A DNA stretch of 59,964 nucleotides, filler included, from Sphacelaria rigidula (lineage: Eukaryota), in the NCBI GenBank assembly GCA_964200075.2. It is 3 parts of 3 records of this genome, joined end to end, with 100 filler letters (N's around TTAATTAATTAA, not from the genome) between each part and the next. Parts side by side here need not be neighbours in the genome. Positions count along the whole stretch, not along the records: positions 40,050 to 59,964 come from CAXNAA020000588.1; 2 more parts are not named here. One strand, 5' to 3'. The position numbers and the translations under genes are program-made. The notes below the pieces were generated by a model, which did not search any database, was not told where the DNA came from, and saw nothing but the letters and a program-made list of their open reading frames with translations. Positions within the stretch are counted from its first letter, which is position 1, and each line of letters starts with the position of its first letter. Below are positions 51,601-59,964 of the stretch, one piece after another.

Positions 51601-54528
51601 AACGACTTGTTGCGACACTGCCCTGCGGCTGCCCACCCCCCATGCTTCATCTAAAGTATCTTCGGCCTAGCAGAGGTACAAGGACAAAACCATGTGAATC
51701 TCGTTGCTATGGTTGATGACCTCTGGTTCCTGAGTTCGGCTCTATTTCTGTTCGGCTTCCCGTGTCGAATGGGAGCGATGGGCTCTGCCTCCAGTTGTCC
51801 GAGTGGTTCCCTGCAACCACACACCATAGTACACCATTACTACCTACAGAGTGCGTCGAAGTCACCGGCCCCACTGCGAATATTGGGGGTTGCCGGAGCT
51901 GCTACCGTGGCCACGGCTGACAGCGGCAGCGATGGTGGCAGGAACGGCGGCAGTGGGAAGAGCCCCCAGGTCATCCCGTCTACCATCTACGCTACAACCA
52001 ACATTTTACGGTACCCGATTCCCGATTGGAACGCCCTTATCGAGGTCAACGCCACGGGATGGCCTTTTGCCGCACCCGGAGGCAGCGGCAGGACATACGT
52101 CGAACGCTATCGTCCTACGGCGGCAAGATCATTGCCGCGTGAATCGACGGCGGAGACATATCAAGCTCACAGCGCCTCACCTTCACCGTCGGCGACGTGG
52201 ATGGCTACCAACTCACATCACACAGTCTCCTTTGAATATCTCCCAGTTGGATGGTCTTCATCATGACCCAACTCCTATTTTTGGAGCGTCATGAGATATG
52301 TCGGGTGCTTTACACCTCTTCCCGTCCGCGGGTACCGTCACTTCGCCAATGTTAAGAGAGGTAGACGGCGGTGTAACGTTGCAGCGGCGAGGGAAGGTGT
52401 AGTGGCGCCAACGACATCACGTGCACGCAAAGACGCCTCGCGGCGGATGGTTCGTCCACTGGCAATACCCGACATAGGATCCCGGAGGACAGGCGTTGCC
52501 GAGGGTGAAGGGAGGTGCGACAAGACAGGGACGAGTAGAGCAGGGAAAGTGGCGGAGGACTGCGGGAAGTCGCTGCGATGTTGCCACGGCTATTATAGAC
52601 AACACCCTGGAGAGTCCCCTGTATTTGGGCAACGATGGAGAAAGCGGCGGAACGAAGTGCGCGTTTTGTCTGTCCCAGAGATCCTTGGGGAAGGAAAGGG
52701 AAGTTTGGTGATCCTAGGGGGAGGGAATGGAGCATTGGCGGTGCCACCATCTCCAGATCCACACCGCTCCATGCCTGGGCCAAATGCGGCGGGCAGGATT
52801 GGTTAAACGTCCAACGAGGTGCGTAGATATTTTGCTCCTGTATTGATCCTGACCCACGAGTGGACGCGTGAAAGACATGATCGAGCCCGCCGTCCACTAG
52901 AGCAGAGATGAATAGAGGGGTTCCATGCGGGTACAATGGACGGTAACCGGTTCAACCGTCGCATACGTTATAATGTAGGGTTGTTTAAGCTTGTACGTCC
53001 CACGTGTCTTTCCAATGTGCCACGTGTCTTCCCAAGTATGGGAAGCCAAAGACAGTGGTCGGAAAATCCTTCTGGACTAAAACGGCAAGTCGAGTCATCC
53101 ACGGTTGTCGGTACACCCTATTCGAAAGTAGCGATACTTGACATTCTGCGGGAAAACTGTCAACACCTGATCATGGGGACGACCAAAACATGGCACCGCT
53201 TCAACCACTAGGCACCTGTAGAAGGTACTTACTCCCCCTGAGTGCCTTCATTTTAGAATACTCGAAACGATGTCTGGACTTATCAATTGCGCTCGCGTAA
53301 GTTGCTCCTGTCAATCTGCAACACTGCGCTTTCACTCGCCCCTGCCCGTGTGAACTGAATTCGCGTGTCCACAACGACGTACAGAAACTCAAAAAGGTGG
53401 CAAGGGCAGAGCCCTACCTTCACATTGAGTGGACTGTTCTCAGGCCGTGAAGAGGAGCAAGGTATCGACGAGCCTGTCCGTGCTTCCTGCGGGGACTTAT
53501 TAACACTGTCCCGACTTACTCAGCAGCGATAGGTATCGACAAACGGGATGCTAATGGCTATAATCTTGAACGGATACTGGATGATGTATTCAACAATAGG
53601 CCCTACTGCATGGAGCAAGTATTATAAGTTCGTACCGACTGCCCCACTTCTTCATTTTCCAGTCTTTGGTTGGTGCATTCAGCTATCGCATTCGGTGTCG
53701 TAGAAGCGATTTATATTTGCGTTACATGTGTATTAACCTTCGTTCGTAGCTGCAAGCGACATGAACCGGGCACGTGCGTCGGATAAAAGGCGTGTATCTT
53801 GGACCAGATGGACCTCATGAAGGAAGATGTGAGCAGGAGTGGCGCTGGAGATATTGGGCACTCGAGAAGTGTCGGCAGCCACCCAGGGAGAACTTGGAAG
53901 TACATGAGCAACATCACTCCACGCTCGGCAAATAGTTTCCCAGCCTCACTGGCATAACCTCTGACGCGTTCACCTTTTGAACCATGCTTAACGAGTTGGC
54001 AAGCGCCTCCGATAATCGAGACGCATCAGACAAGGCCGTTCGAAGCGCTGTGGACCACGCAAGATGTAGCCAGGCCTTGGCCACGTGCTGCGAGCAAGAG
54101 TGGACGGACCTACCGACAGTTCTTCTGCAGGTTACGTCTGACGAGGTCGTTCGACGTATTCGGCAAGTTGCGCAATATATACAACGCGTGAATTGCTAAA
54201 CACCCGACAGGGTGGTGTTGGCGCGTTGGCAGTTGGTGATGAGGGCGGTGGGCACCACAGTGTCGGGAAAACCTCGAGTAGCGATTGACTCGAAAATGAG
54301 GTAGAAAAAGATGTGGGCAACCGCAGTGCCAGCAGGCGCTTGCATTGTGATCGGTAGCCCCACCTAATTAACTCGTTAGCAACGTCTGTAATTCTTCGAA
54401 GGCATCCAATTCGCACTAGAACACTAAGCAAAGAACAAGTAGAAGAAAAAATATGTACAATCTATTGAGAAAAACAAGAAGACTAGAACTTCAAACCTTA
54501 TGGACCAAAAAAACCAATGCATTTTACC

Positions 54529-55153
54529 GCATTGAACTATATTTCCCCTATCCCATAAGTAAAGGTTCTTGTGATTGCACGGTCCCTCAACGGTGTGGTA
54601 TTTGATTTTCAATCTTTTTATTGCATTCGTCGGCGTTTTTGAGCGAAAACTAACATCCTTTCTGCGACGTGGGTGCTTGACCCATGCAGCCGCGTGGCCG
54701 AGAAAAAGTAGGTCGGTCCAAAAACGGCCGTTTTTCGCTCGTTTTCCCAGGAAAGCATGAGAGACCCGGGAACACGAGAAATCGCGAAAATGGGCCAAAT
54801 AATGTGAAAATAGCGAAACCACCATTGATTTTGGACATGTCTGTGATGTTAACCTACGCACACCCCGTCCAACATCTTGTTAGCATGTAATTGCTAGCGC
54901 TCGATGTGAAAACGTCCAAAATCGGTCAATGATGGGGTATAAATGGATAAAACAGGATCAAAATGGGATATATTACGACAAACTTTTAGTGATGAAAACA
55001 AGTCTTTTTTCGCTTTTTCTTTCATCAGCTTCGGCTGCGCTTTACCTCTCTAACGAACCCAACCATAGGATAATCGTCAACGTTGAAATACCCAAACGAT
55101 TAAACGCCCACAAGGACATTTACGTATGGGACAGAGGAAGTATATTCCAAAGC
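54529..55153. mobile_element. Decayed element bounded by ~45-bp diverged inverted repeats
   Basis: The reverse complement of 54529-54573 (CACAAGAACCTTTACTTATGGGATAGGGGAAATATAGTTCAATGC) resembles 55109-55153 (CACAAGGACATTTACGTATGGGACAGAGGAAGTATATTCCAAAGC). The interior is AT-rich and non-coding. Confidence 0.55.
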
Positions 55154-55799
55154 CATGATTCCCAAGTAAAACTAAGTAGGTTTGGCTATCTAGATAAGAA
55201 CACTCGGGTTCGGTATGTGTTCGGATATGGATCTTGAAGATGATTTCAATGATCTGTTAGGGGTAGTATATATATACATAATATTGACTTTTTACCCTTA
55301 TTTCTACGAGCTGGACCGGAAGCAAATTCCACACTCTCTCTCCATACCACAATTTCTGAAGTTTCCCAAATCAGCGCGACTTGAGCATATCGCTGTGAAC
55401 TGCAGACTAACTTGGTAACACACGGCACCGCCGCTGCTTGATTGACGCAGTTTTGGCGATGATGTTATTGTACTGCATTGAGCACCGGGTACGTATCTTG
55501 TCGTTGCGTGACAACAGCGTGTCTGGAGACGTTTCGTTCCACAAAATGCGGTGGATTTACGATAGCCCCTTGCGCCGCATTGGCACACGTAAACCCGATA
55601 CGCCCAGGTAAGAGCACACTGGTAGTGCTGCAATATGGCATCACGCTCGTCATAAGCTCGGTCATGGGAGACTACCTCCGAGCCAACTTGAAACTGCGCT
55701 ATACCCCCCCCCCCCAAAAGCATGGCCGTCACCTTAATATCGAGACCCTTTGCAACCTGAAGGTACAAGATATTATGCACGATTAGATCATACACACAA

Positions 55800-55882
55800 C
55801 TTTTTTTTGCCTTGTCGGGATTCGAACTCGCGACCTGTGTAATTTGAGGCTAATGTATCAGTTTGACCACCAGGGTGCAGGC
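55800..55882 (-). pseudogene. tRNA-like pseudogene or short SINE with an A-tail
   Basis: The minus strand reads GCCTGCA...TGGTGGTCAAACTGA...GGTCGCGAGTTCGAATCCCGACAAGGCA followed by an A-run. It is ~75 nt with an intact B-box and mismatched stems. Confidence 0.55.
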
Positions 55883-58377
55883 GTGTCACACGAAAAGTGC
55901 GACGCGAAGTCGAATTTGAGGTATTTTTGGCTGAAACTTCACCAGGATGTGGTTGACGCGAGCGTCCGAATATGTTCGAGCGTTGTCATCGTTTGTATCA
56001 ATTTGAAAGGTAGTTATAGCATTTCTCCTGTTTTGCTGAAACTTCAGTTCAGGTACCGAGCTCATTACAGAAAGGACACGCTTGTTCACGACAAAGCGAT
56101 TTCCCGGGGGAGACTGCAGTTCTTGTTGCTGGTTGTAGGCAAAGTGAATAAACCAGTTTCTTCTTGAAATTGAGAGTAGAGGATACGATGGAGAGTGAGA
56201 GGCGGCGAATTATGAATAATCGTTTCAGTGCCGAAATGCCCCTCCATGATAGGCTCGATACGCCTTCTGTAGTAGCTTGGCACTGAAGCCCTTGATATCC
56301 CTGAGTAGGGTATCGACGTGTAGCTCTAAGTATGTGTCAGTACTACGAGCAAAGAAAAGCACACACAGGATAAAAAATCGGTCCAGCTAAAGCGAATGAT
56401 AAAGCCCACTCTGAATCCCCGCTCTACTCTTGATCTCACGAAAACATTGTCAAGAGTAGTACACTTCGTTCGTAATCTACAAACCGAGTCTCAACCGAGT
56501 GCATCCGTGTTTTGGCGGCCACCGCTTTCGACACACCATTTGTCGGCGGTGCGGATGAAAGTTATGGCGATCTTGTCTGGTCGTTTTGCAGCCCTTCCAC
56601 CGGTGGGCGCGTTGATACAACATTTACCATCCCCCAGCACATCTCTCCCGAGGGGGAGCGCATGGTGTGATTGAGGGGCATGTTGTTCATGCGGTAACCT
56701 CGGGGTGCGTTCATCGTCAAAACATTCGGTTGAAGTATACCTGATAATAATGCAGGACCATCAAACATATCTTTAACGAGCGAACAGTCCAGTCCGAAGT
56801 GCCTTGATCGTGCACAATAGAGGTTAGCTCACCACTCTCCAGGTGCCGATTTCGACAAAAACTCGTTCTGCGCACGCTTGGAGCATGATAGGAGCACAGC
56901 CCCATTAATGATCCGGGTTTCGCTGTCCATGCTGAAATCAAGTCGAACTGATATCAACCATAGCACCCTCCCAACTGATGAACTATACTGCACATGTGCG
57001 GCCGTCTCGGTAGAATTATCTTGAACCCGAGGCTCCCAATAAATTTGAAAGGAAATCATATTTCATGCACCGGGAACTTCTCGAGTCTGAAATACCTTTG
57101 GTGAGGTGTGAACGCGGCGGCAGCACAGACCGGATAACAGATAAAAGCGATATTAATTTCGTTGACTTTAATCATAACGGCCATCCCTCAGCCCTATCCT
57201 ATAATGCATGCCCCGACCGAAAGTAGACCCTCGTGCGAAGCAGGAAGATACAAACGAAATGGAAAGATAAGTATGCACTGGCAGGAACAGATCGGCGCAC
57301 CAGTCACCGATTGGAGCTAATACGCATGCTGCGCACGCTTGACAAGCTCTTGGGACTGCACTGTACTGATTGTGCTGGCTTTTGTGTCGTCCCAACATGA
57401 TGGTCTGCACTAAACCCAACCTGGCACCAACAATGAATTTCCATCGCTTGGCCCGCATAAACCGTTGAATCTTTGAGTATCGTTGTTGTATGTTGTATTG
57501 AATCGGGTACATCGATCGACGCCTACAGCTGGGAGGCCTCCACTGTTTGCTTGTCAGCAACGCCCTCAACGGTAGCATATCGTGTGCTTCATCCATGACC
57601 CCCAAACTATACATCATCAGATAGATTCTCACCGACGCAACCATTATATGCATGTTTCCAGTGCGAGTGGTCGATCAAGGGTCGATCTGTGAAATCTGTT
57701 TCGCGAAGGGTTGTGTACAACAACTGTTGTAAAGGGCGTTATTCACCGAAGCGGCTAATAACTGTAGGAGTGGCCGCATACAGGCCTCGCCTCACCCAGA
57801 TGTGGACAGGGAATTGAAGTAAACGACTGACCTTCCAACATCAGCCGAGGCAAAACGTATGTTCCATGAATCGTAGAAAGCTTCGATGATCCCTCCTTGC
57901 AAAACAGCGTGGCCCTTGCCTAGGAATTTTTCATTCAGTCGTGTTTCCGTCTGAGGTGCGCCCGTATGGCAATCACCCTTTATGGCGTTTGACTTTCTGA
58001 TGGATCGTAGGTTCGTACCCGTTTGTTGTTTTACAAGACAGTGCAGCAGGGGTTGACCCGTGCTCCACCTCCATCCTCTCGATAAACACAGCGGCGACGC
58101 CACCGATTCACTTTCTTCTGAGCATCACGTTCAAAATTCCCTCCCTAAATACTGTATATCAAGTATATATTGTCATCAACAACCGCCATCAACTGTGGGT
58201 GAAGATGTCATATGTTCAAAGAGAAAATTGATGGCGAAAGCACTGCTGATGATGCTACGGGAAATAAGGGGGTGTTATACCCCGTCATTTTTCAATACTC
58301 GAAATATTGAAATATTGCGGACTCCACACAACGCGGAATAAGGGAAAGGGCAGTCATCAAAAGGAATAGCTGTAGCA

Positions 58378-58512
58378 ATGGTTCACCTAGGCACCATCGT
58401 AGCTGGCCTCGGACTCGTGATACTTCTGCACTCTGGATACTCCACGGCTCACTTTCAGCAGTTCAAGCCGGCGGGGGCAGGCGATTCTCCACCCCTGGAT
58501 GCTGTGATTGAG
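58378..58512 (+). CDS. EMC5: Exon 1 of an ER membrane complex subunit 5 / membrane magnesium transporter homolog (rest of gene not identified in the window)
   Basis: MVHLGTIVAGLGLVILLHSGYSTAHF...PPLDAVIE followed by the donor GAG|GTATAT. This fits the MMgT/EMC5 pattern G...L.H..YS......P.D...E. Confidence 0.75.
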
Positions 58513-59689
58513 GTATATGCACTGCAGTGTTCCAGACTGTACTTCCCTCACTCTACTACAGACAGTACGGGGTTCTGTTTCACCCTTGTTGTACTCGTCG
58601 TCCTGCGCGGCTTCCGACTGGAAATTCCCAGATCAAAAATGGCAAACGCTGTCAGCGGCTGAGGCTGGGATGATATTGTGCCATATCCACCAGCTTCATA
58701 CAATGCATGCATTCACATTTTTACCAAAATAATCACTGCTCAAATCATGGGTCGTTGTCGACGAGCTGGGCTGCAGACCCCGTAGCTGACGGTGTATAGC
58801 ACCCCCTCCTCCGTGGGCGGCATGTGCTGGTTCTTCACCATGTTTAACCTCACTTCCTTTCTATGGATAGGGGAGGTCCTGGTGTGGTCAAAAGAGTCTC
58901 TCAAATGAATGCACCTCGGGAGTCTCTAACGATGCAAATTGCTGTGCCACTTGATTTCTAACCTTCGATGCGATTGAAGTTGAAAAATGTGTCGCCATAT
59001 TGGGGGGGGAGGGGGAGAGGTGGTTTGTAAACGCCGTTATAACAGTACAGTTCCGTGGCGAGAATCAGGGCTAAAACGGTGCAAGGTTCCCCGCGGCTGT
59101 AATCGTTGGGTGCTCATGTTTGCAATCATCTGAACAAAATCTAGCCCTTGATGCATGTCTTCGACAAGACTGAGTGGATTCTTGTTTCCAAAACTCGATG
59201 GTGGTTGTAATGGTAAGTGCAGTACCGCACCCGAGTCTGTGCATCACTGCTGTAGCACGATATATCTTACGCGAACGTGTCTGCTACATGCCAGCGCTCT
59301 ACGGTGCCGCCCATACAATTATGCTCGTGCAATTATGCGTGGACTGTTCCCGAAAACCTGGAATGATACTGTTTGGGTCTCACTGTTTTATGCTGCGCCG
59401 TGCGGTAGCGTGCTGTACTTCCTGTTCAATTGTAGCCATTTGGTGTAGGGGTGTTACCCACCGTGGTCTATGATACGGCAGCGTACGAGCTGGGCCAGCC
59501 GAGAAGAGAATTTGTGGTTGGCAGGCCCATTGTACGGCCAATATTTTGCGTTGGACCCTGAAATTTGGTACGGACAATGAGTAGGGCATAATAAAAACAA
59601 ATACCAATGCACACAAGATTCTTTTTGTTCTTCATATGTTGAGGACATTTTAGACCCACTTGGATGGCAAGCACGAATCTTGTTTTTTT

Positions 59690-59855
59690 CAAAATCGGGG
59701 GGACAAAAAATCGGGGAGCGCATTTTATGGGCACGGATTTGGACCACATCGGGGCCGAAAAAATCGGGGGTTCACAATCTCGGAACGGTTATTCCCGATT
59801 TTTTTTTTTAATCGGGGGAAAACCGTTCCGAAATCGTGACTCCCCTGATTTTTTT
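59690..59855. repeat. AAAATCGGGG repeats with an ~98-bp imperfect palindrome (59758-59855), probably part of a transposon remnant
   Basis: AAAAAATCGGGGGTTCACAATCTCGGAACGGTT pairs with AACCGTTCCGAAATCGTGACTCCCCTGATTTTTT. Confidence 0.7.
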
Positions 59856-59964
59856 GAGGTGACGTACGTGCATTGACGTACACTCCCAGGGTACGAGGCG
59901 TTTGATATTTTTGCAACGGCAGCAGAAGAAAGACAGTCTCGTGACAGCACAGGGCGTGCGTACT

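Noticed and set aside
52291..52320. WSC domain suggested by YVGCF
   Set aside because: The remaining WSC cysteine pattern (C.C...C...C.G....CGG) is absent.
1..59964. Multi-gene cluster or endogenous viral element
   Set aside because: The three contigs are probably unlinked, and I recognised no intron-poor viral-type genes, integrase, transposase or reverse transcriptase.

Overview
Eukaryotic, intron-rich nuclear DNA, most likely from a brown alga (Phaeophyceae, Ectocarpus-like). This is inferred from a spliced WSC-domain mannuronan C-5 epimerase gene and the gene architecture. The window is three contigs (1-19934, 20035-39949, 40050-59964) joined by artificial 100-nt N/TTAATTAATTAA linkers, so no synteny should be assumed across the joins. 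Contig 1 has a ~12 kb minus-strand gene with five tandem calcyphosin-like EF-hand modules, a probable small disordered-protein gene, and tRNA-derived SINE-like copies. Contig 2 has a long Pro/Gly-rich exon ending in a compact C1-like Cys/His cluster, an ankyrin + polyQ exon, nested miniature inverted-repeat elements, and a complete 11-exon WSC-WSC-linker-epimerase gene. Contig 3 has a ~370-bp foldback, a minus-strand multi-exon gene for a Cys-rich, probably single-pass membrane protein that I do not recognise, and exon 1 of an EMC5/MMGT1 homolog. I see no CRISPR array, rRNA, intact tRNA, transposase, reverse transcriptase or viral gene, and no clearly new multi-gene system. All exon models were read by eye and no database searches were run.
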